The notes: generated by a model from the sequence alone, not told the origin. A stretch of 54,299 nucleotides of DNA from an uncultured bacterium (GCA_902788415.1 CADAKF010000014.1:1-54299), one strand, 5' to 3'. Counted from the first letter of the stretch, positions 1 through 9,159 are shown. Numbers and translations: made by a program.

Positions 1-1
1 C

Positions 2-1246
2 TCGAAGGTCGTCTTCTACGACGTGACGAACTTCTTCTTCGAGATCCCGCGTCCCGATCCGGACGAGACGGACGCCGACGGGAACGTCATCGGGAAAGGA
101 CTCCGGAAGAACGGCGTCAGCAAGGAGAACCGCAAGCAGCCCATCGTCCAGCTCGGGCTCTTCCTCGACGACAACGGCATCCCGATCTCGTTCGGCATGT
201 TCCCCGGCAACACGCTCGATCATCATACGCTCAGGCCCTCAATGAAGGAGACGGTCGACACGCTCGGGCTGGAGCGGTTCGTCCTCGTCGCGGATCGCGG
301 CATGTACTCGGGGACGAACATGTGTCACGTCACGGATGCAGGCAACGGCTACATCGTCGCGAAAAGCCTGCGGAAAAGCACGAGGAAGGAGATCGACTGG
401 GCGATCAACCCGCAGGGATACGACTCCCCGGACGCGGACTTCCGCTGCAAGTCCAGGATCGTGGAGCGGACGGTGAAGCTTGTCGAAAAGGACAAGGACG
501 GGAAGGACGTCACGGTGACGCGGACGTTCAAGGAGAAGGTTGTCGTCTACTGGAGCAGGTCGTTCTACGAACGCGAACTGCGCGAGAACGCATCCTTCCT
601 CGCGTTCGTCGAGAAGCTCAAGGCCAATCCCGGCGGCTTCCGCATCACGGCGGCGCAGAGCCAGAGCCTGCGGCGGTTCCTGAAGACGGACGTCCTCGAC
701 AGGAAGACGGGAAACGTCCTCGACGGCACGAAGCTCGCGGCGATGATCGACGACGAGAAGCTCAGCGCGTTCAACGACCTCTTCGGCTACTACCAGATCG
801 TCACGTCGGAGCTCGACATGCCGGACCGCGAGGTCATCGACAAGTACCACGGCCTCACGCAGATCGAGGACCAGTTCCGCGAGATGAAATCGACGCTCGA
901 GACCCGTCCGATCTACGTCAGGACGCGCGAGCACATCGAGGCGCACCTCATGATCTGCTTCATCGCGCTGACGATGATGCGGCTCATCCAGCGCAAGACG
1001 AAGTCTGCGCTCGGAGCGGAATTCGGAAAGGACCTCGACTGGACGTACGGCCTTCCTGGCGCAAGGGTTGCCAAAGCGCTCGCGGACTGGCAGGTCGACG
1101 AGCTGCCAGGCGACTACTATCGGATGCAGAACGTCGACGGTGACGACATCGGTCTGCTGCTCAAGGCGTTCGGCCTCGAGATCCCGGCGAAGATCTACAC
1201 AAACGGAGACATCAGGAAGTTGAAGTCGTCAGTGAACCCGTTCTGA
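2..1246 (+). mobile_element. IS1634/IS4-superfamily DDE transposase gene, 5' end cut by window edge
   Basis: Frame open from window start to the stop at 1244-1246. 'VVFYDVTNFFFE', 'FVLVADRGMYS' and 'YHGLTQIEDQFREMKSTL' resemble IS1634-type DDE transposases. IS termini not identifiable. Confidence 0.7.
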
Positions 1247-1266
1247 GTAACCACATAATTATTATG

Positions 1267-1297
1267 AAGCCCGCAAGCGAAAAACGCATGCGGGCTT
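1267..1297 (+). terminator. Hairpin downstream of transposase (aagcccgcaagcg-aaaaa-cgcatgcgggctt)
   Basis: 13-bp stem with one mismatch and a 5-nt loop, 20 nt after the stop. No clear U-tract. Confidence 0.4.
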
Positions 1298-1380
1298 GGT
1301 CGAGAACACGATTTTGGAATTTTCAACTGGCAAACTCGGGATGCGGGATGGTGCATATTTTACCATAATAGCCGCGCCTG

Positions 1381-1389
1381 TGATATAAT
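1381..1389 (+). promoter_or_regulatory. Extended -10 box TGATATAAT, 6 nt upstream of ATG 1396 (leaderless candidate)
   Basis: Exact TGnTATAAT. Spacer to the start codon is only 6 nt and has no SD. Confidence 0.55.
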
Positions 1390-1395
1390 ACCCAC

Positions 1396-2391
1396 ATGGT
1401 TTACGACTGCTTTCCTTTTTTCAATGAACTGGACCTGCTGGAGATCCGGTTGAACGTCCTGAAGGACGTCGTGGACCGGTTCGTGATCGTCGAGGCGGGG
1501 GAGACCCACACCGGGAAGCCGAAGCCGTTCTACTTTGAGGAGAACCGCGGCAGATTCGCGGAGTTCCTGGATCGAATCGAGTACGTCAAGGTCGAGAAGT
1601 TCCCGGACGGATGCAAGACGGCCTGGTGGCGGGAGAACATCCAGCGCAATGCGATTGCAGAAGGACTGAAGGGAGCGAAGGACGACGACACGGTCATCAT
1701 CTCCGATTTGGATGAGATTCCGCGTCCCGAGAAGATCGCCGAGTGGGTCGGCACGCCCGGGGTCAAGCGGTTCCAGCAGGAGTATTACGCCTTTTACCTG
1801 AACTACCACAACGTTCGGTGGCGGCGCTGGAGCGGGACGCAGATGCTCAGCTACCGGGACTTCAAGTCGGCTTATGACGGGCTCAACTTCTACGAGAACG
1901 AGTTTCTCATTCCCGAACTGAACGAGGGCACGACGGCGTCGAAGATGGCGCGCGATCTGCCGCGGAGTCGTGGCGGGACGGTGACGGTGCCGAATGGCGG
2001 CTGGCACTTCACCTGCCTGGGCGGTGTGGAAGCGGTTGCGAGGAAGATGGCTTCGTTTGCTCACCAGGAGTACAACCCGGGCGACGGGAAGATCGACCTT
2101 GCGGAAATCAAGCGTGTGATCGAAAGTGGCGGCGGAGTGTTCTGGAAGATGAACTGCTTTGGCGAGCGGATCGGCGAAACGTTTCCGAAGTACATCCGCG
2201 AGAACCAGGCGAAGTATCCGCACTTGGTCTTTGCCGTCACGCCGGAGTATGAGCGGCGCGTGCGGTGGGCGCGCTTCGGGCGCACGCTGCAGGGACGGTG
2301 GATTCAGTTCACCCTCTGGCTCTGCCCGCCCGCGCTTCACAACTGGCTGCATCTCATCAAGATGCGGCTTCTGCGGGCTGATGGGCGATGA
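1396..2391 (+). CDS. Glycosyltransferase family 17 (GnT-III-like) protein
   Basis: 'CFPFFNELDLLEIRLNVLKDVVDRFVIVEAGETHTGKPKP' matches the Glyco_transf_17 N-terminal signature. 331 aa. Confidence 0.8.
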   Translation: MVYDCFPFFNELDLLEIRLNVLKDVVDRFVIVEAGETHTGKPKPFYFEENRGRFAEFLDRIEYVKVEKFPDGCKTAWWRENIQRNAIAEGLKGAKDDDTVIISDLDEIPRPEKIAEWVGTPGVKRFQQEYYAFYLNYHNVRWRRWSGTQMLSYRDFKSAYDGLNFYENEFLIPELNEGTTASKMARDLPRSRGGTVTVPNGGWHFTCLGGVEAVARKMASFAHQEYNPGDGKIDLAEIKRVIESGGGVFWKMNCFGERIGETFPKYIRENQAKYPHLVFAVTPEYERRVRWARFGRTLQGRWIQFTLWLCPPALHNWLHLIKMRLLRADGR

Positions 2392-2416
2392 AAATCACAA
2401 CAATGACATTTGCGTA

Positions 2417-3555
2417 ATGGATGGCGTGACGGAAAACGAGAAGGTCCTTCAGTGGCTGGAGAGGCGGAACCGCGAGGTTCACGTCCGCATTGACCGCGGA
2501 GGTTCACGTCCGCATTGACCGCGTGCCGTTCAGGGACCTGAAGGGCTGGCGGTTTGACACGGAGACGGGCGACCTGGTCCATCAGTCGGGACGCTTCTTC
2601 TCGGTCGTCGGGCTGAACGTCTATACGAACACGGGGACCGTTTCACGATGGACGCAGCCCATCATCAACCAGCCGGAGGTCGGCATACTGGGGATCCTGT
2701 GCAAGGACTTCGGTGGCGTTCCCCATTATCTCATGCAGGCCAAGATCGAGCCGGGCAACGTGAACTGCGTTCAGCTGTCCCCGACGGTGCAGGCGACGCG
2801 GTCGAACTACATGCAGGTCCACGGCGGCAAGCGTCCCGCCTATCTGGACTATTTTCTCAACGCCGCGTCCGGCCAGGTCATCCTGGACCAGCTCCAGAGC
2901 GAGCAGGGGGCGAGGTTCTACCGGAAGCGGAACCGCAACATGATCGTGCGCACGGAGGACGACGTCGCGTGCGGCGAGGACTTCAGGTGGCTGACGTTGC
3001 CGCAGATCAAAGCCCTGATGCGCCACGACAACACGGTAAATATGGACGCGCGGACGGTGTTCAGCGGTTTACGCGAGACGGGCGCCGACCGGTCGCTGGA
3101 CGGGCTTCTGTCGGTCGACGAGATCCTGCATCGGATCAGTCACCTGAAGGGCAAGTACGAGCTGACGGCGGACAGAATCGGGCTGCGTGACGTCGCGGAC
3201 TGGACAGTTGCGGAAGACGAGATCGTGCGGAAGGACCGCCGGTTCTTCCGCGTGATCGGCGTGGACGTGACGATTGAGAACCGCGAGGTCGCGCACTGGA
3301 GCCAGCCCCTTGTCGAGCCGATGCAGGAAGGGCTGTGCGTGCTCTTCGCCAAGCGGTTTGACGGCGTGATGCACTATCTGCTCCAGGCCAAGGTCGAGTG
3401 CGGCAACTTGCAACGTCGTCATCGAGCTCGACGAGTCCTTTGAAATCGACGAGTCGGAGAACTTCCTGTGGCTGACGCTGCCGCAGATCAAGGAGTTCCT
3501 CCGCTTCAACAACTACCTGAACATCCAGGTGAGAAGCCTGGTCTCGATGCTATGA
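2417..3555 (+). pseudogene. NDP-hexose 2,3-dehydratase (EvaA/TylX3-type), disrupted twice
   Basis: Two EvaA-like halves are present ('QPEVGILGIL..YLMQAKIEPGN' and 'QPLVEPMQEGLCVLF..YLLQAKVECGN'). The N-terminal 27 codons from ATG 2417, the body (ORF 2490-3443) and the C-terminal 'NVVIELDES..FLWLTLPQIKEFLRFNNYLNIQVRSLVSML*' lie in three different frames. Confidence 0.8.
2474..2523 (+). repeat. Perfect 25-bp tandem duplication (gaggttcacgtccgcattgaccgcg x2)
   Basis: Read directly at 2474-2498 and 2499-2523. It shifts the dehydratase frame by +1. Confidence 0.95.
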
Positions 3556-5351
3556 TTCGAGTCGGAATCCTGGGGTGCGCGAACATCGCGAAAAGGTCCC
3601 TGGCGCCGGCGTTTGCCGCGCACGGCGACTTCCGACTGGTCGCCGTCGCCAGCCGGACGGCTGAGAAGGCGACGGAGCTGGCGTCGGTCCACGGCGCACG
3701 CCCCTGCTCGTACGACGAGCTGATCGCCGCGGACGACGTCGACCTTGTCTACTGTCCGCTGCCAACAGGACTTCACTACGAATGGGTTCGGCGGGCGCTG
3801 GAGGCGGGAAAGCACGTGCTGTGCGAGAAGTCGCTTGGCTGTTCGTATCTTCAGGTGCGCACGCTCGTCGAGCTCGCCCGGAAAAACAGCCTTCTGCTGA
3901 TGGAGAGCTTCCAGTTCCGCTTCCATGCGCAGAACCTCTTCGTCCGGCGGCTGATTGACTCCGGGAAGATTGGAAGGATCGTCGGCGTGACGACGCGATT
4001 CAGCTTCCCGGCCATTGCGAACCCGAATGACATCCGCTATTCCCGGGAACTCGGCGGCGGAGGGCTTCTCGACACCGGGGCGTACGCAATCAAGTCATCG
4101 ACCTATCTTCTGGGAAAGGACCTGTCGCTGCGGTCGGCAAAGGTGTCGACGGCTTCGTCCTGGGCGGTCGACAAGGACGGCGAATTCGTGCTGGAAAGGT
4201 CCGACGGCGTCGTGTCGGAGGCGTCCTACAGCATGGATTCCGAATACCGTTGCGGCTATGTCGTCCGCGGTACGGAGGGAGAGATCTCGACGACGCGGGC
4301 GTTTACGGCGCGTGCCGATTTCGACGCGGAGGTTGTCGTCCGCATCGGCGGACAGACCGAACGGCGCACGTTCCGCGACGATCACTTCGCGCGACTGCTT
4401 GATGCGGTGAGCGCCAAGATAAGGGCGGCGGATTTCGAAGAGGAGTACCAGGAAGACCTGGTCCAGTCGCGCCTTTTGGACGCGATCGCCCGCCGGCTGG
4501 GATATGATCTGGTCGCGCGTTACGCGGTCTTCGGCAGCAGGGGATACCTCGGCGCCCAGCTGGTTTCGCATTTCCGGTCGAAGGGAATCGTCTGCGATGA
4601 GCTCGACCTGCCGGAGGCGGACGTGACGTCGCCGTCGTTCTGGAAGTCGTTTGATCCGACGAGGTATTCGGGCGTTCTCTTTTTCGCTGGGCTGACGGGG
4701 GCCGCCGCAAGCAATGCGAACCGCGAGCGGTATGTCGCCGTCAACGAGGGCGGGGTCCGGAATCTCATCGTGAAGCTGCGGCCGCTGGGAGAGCTGGCGC
4801 CAAAGGTGGTGTTTCCGTCGACGCGGCTTGTCTACAAGGGCGCCGAGCGTCCGCTGCCAGAGGACGCCGAGAAGGAGTGCAAGACCGTTTACGCCGAGAC
4901 GAAGCTGCGGGCGGAGGAGCTCCTGCGGGACGCGGGCGTTCCGTACGCGGTCATTCGCATTTGCGTCCCCTACGGCAGCATCGTCTCGCACGGCTATTCC
5001 TACGGGACGCTGGGTTTCATGATCCGGCAGGCGAAGGAAGGACGCATCACCCTGTTCGGCGACGGCGGCCAGCGCAGGACCTTCACGCACGTCCGGGATA
5101 TCTGCGAGGCGGTCGGGCGGCTTCTGGCGGATGACGCGACGGGTATCTTCAACGTGGGCGGAGTCGACCGCTCTCTGGCCGAGGCCGCGCACTTTGTCGC
5201 ATCCCGGCTTGGCGCGAAGGTCGATTTCGTCCCGTGGCCAAAGGAGGCGCTGGCCCTGGAGTCGGGATCGACGGTCTTTGATTCGTCGAAGCTGGACTCT
5301 CTGATGGGCCAGCACCGCTATCTGATTCTCGAGGACATGGAAATCTGCTGA
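3552..5351 (+). CDS. Fusion protein: Gfo/Idh/MocA oxidoreductase (sugar 3-ketoreductase-like) + SDR NAD-dependent epimerase/4-ketoreductase
   Basis: N-half 'MIRVGILGCANIAKRSL...CEKSL'. C-half 'AVFGSRGYLGAQLV' (GxxGxxG) and 'YAETK' (YxxxK). The ATGA at 3552-3555 overlaps the stop of the dehydratase remnant. Confidence 0.75.
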   Translation: MIRVGILGCANIAKRSLAPAFAAHGDFRLVAVASRTAEKATELASVHGARPCSYDELIAADDVDLVYCPLPTGLHYEWVRRALEAGKHVLCEKSLGCSYLQVRTLVELARKNSLLLMESFQFRFHAQNLFVRRLIDSGKIGRIVGVTTRFSFPAIANPNDIRYSRELGGGGLLDTGAYAIKSSTYLLGKDLSLRSAKVSTASSWAVDKDGEFVLERSDGVVSEASYSMDSEYRCGYVVRGTEGEISTTRAFTARADFDAEVVVRIGGQTERRTFRDDHFARLLDAVSAKIRAADFEEEYQEDLVQSRLLDAIARRLGYDLVARYAVFGSRGYLGAQLVSHFRSKGIVCDELDLPEADVTSPSFWKSFDPTRYSGVLFFAGLTGAAASNANRERYVAVNEGGVRNLIVKLRPLGELAPKVVFPSTRLVYKGAERPLPEDAEKECKTVYAETKLRAEELLRDAGVPYAVIRICVPYGSIVSHGYSYGTLGFMIRQAKEGRITLFGDGGQRRTFTHVRDICEAVGRLLADDATGIFNVGGVDRSLAEAAHFVASRLGAKVDFVPWPKEALALESGSTVFDSSKLDSLMGQHRYLILEDMEIC

Positions 5352-6310
5352 TGGACAATGTCGTCGAGATTGCGTTGCTGTCGGCCTGGAACTACTTCAG
5401 GGGAATGGCGGTTGCCTGCTGCAGCATTGCCAGGCGAGCGGATCCGGAGGCGTTCCTTCGCTTTCACATCCTGCAGAGCCAGTTCACGGAAGAGGGCATG
5501 CGCTGGCTGGAGGATCGAATCAAGTCGTTTCATGTGCATTCGGAAGTCGTGTTCCACGATGTCTCCGAAGTCGACCAGCTTGATTTGCCGGCCTATTCGG
5601 CGTCGAAGATGACCTATGCGCGGTTGCTCTTGCCGAAGCTGTTGCCCGAGGCCGAGGCGGTTGTCTATTCGGACGTCGACACGCTGTGGTTCGCAGACGT
5701 ATGTGAGCTCTGGAAGTTGCGCCACGAGGTTCCACTTGTCGGATGCTCACGAGAGCAGTCAGCCGGAACGTTGGCCATGGAACGCGCGTGGTTTGAGTCA
5801 AACGGCCTGCCATTCGACGAACGCCGGTATTTCTGCGCGGGAGTCGCCGTGTACAATCTTCGTGAAATCCGGCAGAGGGATGCGTTTGCGCCCGTTCTGG
5901 AGTTCGGCCGCACGCATCGGGGCTACAATTGTGCCGACCAGTCGATGATGTATGGGGCAATCGGCAATGAGGTGACGCTTCTCCCGGACAAGTGGCAGAC
6001 GTTTCCGCGCAATGGCATCAAAACGAAGCGCGGCGAACCGATCGTTCTCCATTACGCGGGCGAAGCGCCGTGGAAGGCGAGCCGCATCACCAAGATGCTG
6101 ACGGACACGCAGCTTTTGTGGTTTGACATGTGCGCCGAGGTGTTCGGCGAGACGAAGTGGCGCTCCCTGCGCAAGTTCTACAAGGTCTGGGAGATTGTCG
6201 CGTATCGCGCGGTGTTCTTGGCGATCTTCCGCATTCCGCCGCTACACGCGCTCTTTCGCGTGTGGCTGCGGCGAACGGGCCGCGGCCCGTTCGAGGAGTC
6301 GCTTCGCTAA
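5351..6310 (+). CDS. Glycosyltransferase family 8
   Basis: 'YARLLLPKLLP..VVYSDVDTLW' (DxD) and 'LHYAGEAPWK' are typical of GT8 LPS-type transferases. Confidence 0.75.
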   Translation: MDNVVEIALLSAWNYFRGMAVACCSIARRADPEAFLRFHILQSQFTEEGMRWLEDRIKSFHVHSEVVFHDVSEVDQLDLPAYSASKMTYARLLLPKLLPEAEAVVYSDVDTLWFADVCELWKLRHEVPLVGCSREQSAGTLAMERAWFESNGLPFDERRYFCAGVAVYNLREIRQRDAFAPVLEFGRTHRGYNCADQSMMYGAIGNEVTLLPDKWQTFPRNGIKTKRGEPIVLHYAGEAPWKASRITKMLTDTQLLWFDMCAEVFGETKWRSLRKFYKVWEIVAYRAVFLAIFRIPPLHALFRVWLRRTGRGPFEESLR

Positions 6311-7482
6311 ACCGCCGCGGAGTCGGCGGTGGCGATGGCGTTCCAGTCGTACTGGCTCGAGCAGATGCGGCCGAGGTTCTGGAGACGGGCGTATTCGGCC
6401 GGGTCGTTGAGGATTCGGGCGACCGCATGGGCGAACATCGCCTGGTCGAAGCAGGGGACCGCGGAATAGGCGCCGGGATAGATCTTGCGATAGGCGGGAA
6501 GGTCGTAGGCGACGACGGGGAGTCCCGCGGCCATCGCCTCGCAGACGGCGATGCCCCAGCCTTCCTCATGGCTCGGCGCAAAGAGGATCTTCGCCTCCTT
6601 GATCTTGGCATAGTAATCTGCCGCGGGGAGGAATCCGTTCGCGGGCTTGAAGACGGTGATCGGGAGCTTGAGCCGCTCAATCTCCTTTACGACTTCCGCT
6701 TCGCCGCTCATGCCGCCCATCAGGGTGAGGGTCGTGTCGGGACGCAGCTTCTGGACCATCTGCCAGATCGGGATGATGTCATGGAGGCCTTTGTTGGGAC
6801 GGACACCGATCATGACGGCGTCGGTGAGAGGGTGAGAGGGTGAGAGGGTGAGAGGGTGAGTCGCTTGGATTGTGGAGAGGTCAATGCCGTTTTGCATACG
6901 GCGGATGCGGGACTTGTCCATGCCGAGGGCGAGGAGCCGGCGCTCGATCTCGTCGCCAGCGAGCGTATCGTTGATCCAGGCGGCGTCCGCATGGGCTGCG
7001 ATGCGCTTGAAGCTCCAGCGCTGCATGCGGAAGGTGAGCTCATTGACGAGGCGGTTACCGGGACGCAGCTTCGGATCCGTTTCGCAGTGGTGAATCCAGG
7101 CGATCCACTTCGCGCCCGTGCGCTTCTTGAGGGCGAGCGCGGGGATGATGTCGCAAAAGTAGTCGCTCACAGTGACGAGGACATCCGTCCGCGGCAGTTT
7201 TGCCGCGTGGAAACGCCAGAGGATCGAGGTGACGAGATAGCTCCAGAAGCGGAAGGGACGGCACGGCTCGCTTTTGAGAAGAAACGACGCGGGGACGACG
7301 GTCATCGGGAGCTTGCAGCCGAGTGTCGTCTGCATGGTCTTGCCGCCGGGTGTCGTCAGGAGGTGCTGGACGCGTCCGTCCGCGGCAAACCGCTTCGAGA
7401 CCTCGTGGAAGCGGACAGGGGCGCCGGTGATGCCGCGTCCCTCGAGTCCGCATCCGTTCAGTATCCAGAGTATGGATTTCAT
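6307..7482 (-). CDS. Glycosyltransferase family 4 (GT-B)
   Basis: 'SHEEGWGIAVCEAMAAGLPVVAYD' is the GT4 C-terminal motif. 391 aa. Confidence 0.8.
   Translation of the reverse strand: MKSILWILNGCGLEGRGITGAPVRFHEVSKRFAADGRVQHLLTTPGGKTMQTTLGCKLPMTVVPASFLLKSEPCRPFRFWSYLVTSILWRFHAAKLPRTDVLVTVSDYFCDIIPALALKKRTGAKWIAWIHHCETDPKLRPGNRLVNELTFRMQRWSFKRIAAHADAAWINDTLAGDEIERRLLALGMDKSRIRRMQNGIDLSTIQATHPLTLSPSHPLTDAVMIGVRPNKGLHDIIPIWQMVQKLRPDTTLTLMGGMSGEAEVVKEIERLKLPITVFKPANGFLPAADYYAKIKEAKILFAPSHEEGWGIAVCEAMAAGLPVVAYDLPAYRKIYPGAYSAVPCFDQAMFAHAVARILNDPAEYARLQNLGRICSSQYDWNAIATADSAAV
6823..6862. repeat. 8-bp tandem repeat (GGTGAGAG x4 + GGTGAGTC) inside the GT4 CDS
   Basis: Read directly. Translated on the - strand as 'THPLTLSPSHPLT'. 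Confidence 0.95.
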
Positions 7483-7492
7483 TGAGACGAAA

Positions 7493-7501
7493 AGTATACC
7501 A
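7493..7501 (-). promoter_or_regulatory. Extended -10 TGGTATACT for the GT4 gene, 10 nt from its ATG
   Basis: Reverse complement of agtatacca. It sits in the 53-bp divergent intergenic region. Confidence 0.5.
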
Positions 7502-7519
7502 TAATTCGAAACGATGATA

Positions 7520-7528
7520 TGGTATAAT
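7520..7528 (+). promoter_or_regulatory. Extended -10 TGGTATAAT, 7 nt upstream of ATG 7536 (leaderless candidate)
   Basis: Exact TGnTATAAT with no SD. Confidence 0.55.
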
Positions 7529-7535
7529 ATTCCAA

Positions 7536-9149
7536 ATGAAAGCGAAACATTACTGGTTCCTCGGCTTTACCGCGGTGTTCGCGGCGCTCATCGGGTTCGT
7601 CTTCTGGGGGACGTGGTCGATGGACTTCGCGCCCGTGATGCCGGACTGTCCGTTCGTCTATGGGCCGGACTACGCGATCGGAACCTTGCGCGGCATGTTC
7701 GTAAGCGGCAAGTTCATACCCTCTGATGTCATCTTCAAGTTCTCGGGCTCGCCCTATTTCTGGCAGGAGCTGCAGTACGCCCTCGCGCTCTACTGCGCGG
7801 CGCTGGGGATGGTGTATTTCTGCCGCGGCCGCGGCCTGTCGCGGCTCGCGGCGTACGGCGCGGGGCTGCTGCTGGCGTTCAGCGGCTACTGGTGCACGCT
7901 CTTCTCGGCGGGGCATCTCGGCTGGTTCCAGTGGATGACCTACGGCGTCTTCGCGTTCGGCCTCGCCGACCGTGCGGTGCGGAAGGGCAAGCTGAGGCAC
8001 TGGCTGCTCCTTGGCGCGTGCGTTGCTTGGGGAAGCTGCCATCAGCCGGACCTCTGGCTTCTCTTCACGATTTTCACGGGCGCGTATTTCATCCGGTGTT
8101 GCGTCCGCGAGCGCAAGTTTCCCTGGAAGGGCGCGGTTCTTTCCGCGGCGGTCTTCTTCATCGTCGGCGCGCCGTACATCCGTAGCGCCTTCGTCAACGA
8201 CCTCGCGGGACGCGACAAGCAGATCGAGGAGGGACAGACGGTCTCCGAAAAGGATAAGGCGATGGTCGACGAGCGCGAGAAGCGCTGGATCTTCGTGACG
8301 AACTGGTCCCTGCCGCCGAGCGAGACGGCGGAGTTCTTCATTCCGCGCTTGAACGGCGACACGAGCTGTCCGATGACGCTCTCGCTCGGCGCGCGCTACG
8401 GGACAGGCGTCACGCAGTATACGGGCGCACTCGGGCGACCGAAGGACGCGCCCGCGGGCAACTACCGCCAGCATTCGCTGTATGTGGGGTTTATAACCTG
8501 CTTGTTGGCGCTTTGTGGAATCGTCGCTTTTTGCGCTTCGCTTAGAAGCGGAAAGGATGTTCTCTTTTTTGCGGTTGCAGCGGTTGTTTTCTGGCTCTGC
8601 TCGATGGGGCGTTACTGCGAGCCGGTCTACCGCGTCATCTTCTCACTGCCGTTCGGCGATTATTTGCGCGCGCCGGTCAAGTGGCACCACTTGACGGAAT
8701 TTTGCCTGGTGGTTCTGGCCGGGTACGGCATCGAGGCGCTCGTATCCCTCTTGTCTCGTGTTTCAAGTCTAAAGTCCTATGTTCTGCCGCTCGTCGGGGG
8801 CGTGGTGCTGATCGGGGTGTGTGATTTGGCGCGGGTCGACCGTCTCTACTGTGCGCCAGTTGATCTGCGTGAGGCGAAGCGGCAGAACGCGGGCATGCAG
8901 ATGACGTTCCTGAGAAGGACCGACTTCAACAATCCGCAGGTCGCGGCGATGGTGCAGGCGAAGAAGATTGTCTCGCTCGCCCAGCCGAATCCGGAAATGT
9001 ATCTGGTGGGAGTTCTTCAGCCGCGGGGACCGCAGACAAAGAAGCCCTGGCCGCCGATGGGGCTGGCGACATGGTTGGGATTGTTGTCCCTGGCGGCGTC
9101 CGGCGCGGTCGTGCTCTTGTCCGCGAAATGCCGCCGGAATTTGGTATAA
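7536..9149 (+). CDS. Polytopic membrane protein (possibly YfhO/GT-C-like glycosyltransferase)
   Basis: Many hydrophobic helices and a position in the glycan locus. Family assignment is a guess. Confidence 0.4.
   Translation: MKAKHYWFLGFTAVFAALIGFVFWGTWSMDFAPVMPDCPFVYGPDYAIGTLRGMFVSGKFIPSDVIFKFSGSPYFWQELQYALALYCAALGMVYFCRGRGLSRLAAYGAGLLLAFSGYWCTLFSAGHLGWFQWMTYGVFAFGLADRAVRKGKLRHWLLLGACVAWGSCHQPDLWLLFTIFTGAYFIRCCVRERKFPWKGAVLSAAVFFIVGAPYIRSAFVNDLAGRDKQIEEGQTVSEKDKAMVDEREKRWIFVTNWSLPPSETAEFFIPRLNGDTSCPMTLSLGARYGTGVTQYTGALGRPKDAPAGNYRQHSLYVGFITCLLALCGIVAFCASLRSGKDVLFFAVAAVVFWLCSMGRYCEPVYRVIFSLPFGDYLRAPVKWHHLTEFCLVVLAGYGIEALVSLLSRVSSLKSYVLPLVGGVVLIGVCDLARVDRLYCAPVDLREAKRQNAGMQMTFLRRTDFNNPQVAAMVQAKKIVSLAQPNPEMYLVGVLQPRGPQTKKPWPPMGLATWLGLLSLAASGAVVLLSAKCRRNLV
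8529..8558 (+). repeat. Truncated copy of the palindromic in-frame element (5' half only)
   Basis: ttttgcgcttcgcttagaagcggaaaggat; translated 'FCASLRSGKD'. Confidence 0.8.
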
Positions 9150-9150
9150 T
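9142..9150 (+). promoter_or_regulatory. Extended -10 TGGTATAAT, 9 nt upstream of ATG 9160; overlaps the upstream stop codon
   Basis: Exact motif. Confidence 0.5.
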
Positions 9151-9159
9151 ACACAGCCA

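Noticed and set aside
1247-1395. Right terminal inverted repeat or target-site duplication of the IS element
   Set aside because: The left end is outside the window, so IR and TSD cannot be identified. Only a hairpin and promoter-like boxes are visible.
3468-3551. N-terminal extension of the ketoreductase fusion; analogous extensions occur at 29883 (tyrS), 42438 (TIM barrel), 25744 (PHP), 49841 (hisB), 49282 (ribE), 40515 (xerD) and 8968 (cdd)
   Set aside because: The extensions overlap the 3' ends of upstream genes in other frames. The canonical N-termini begin at the internal starts annotated in the features list.
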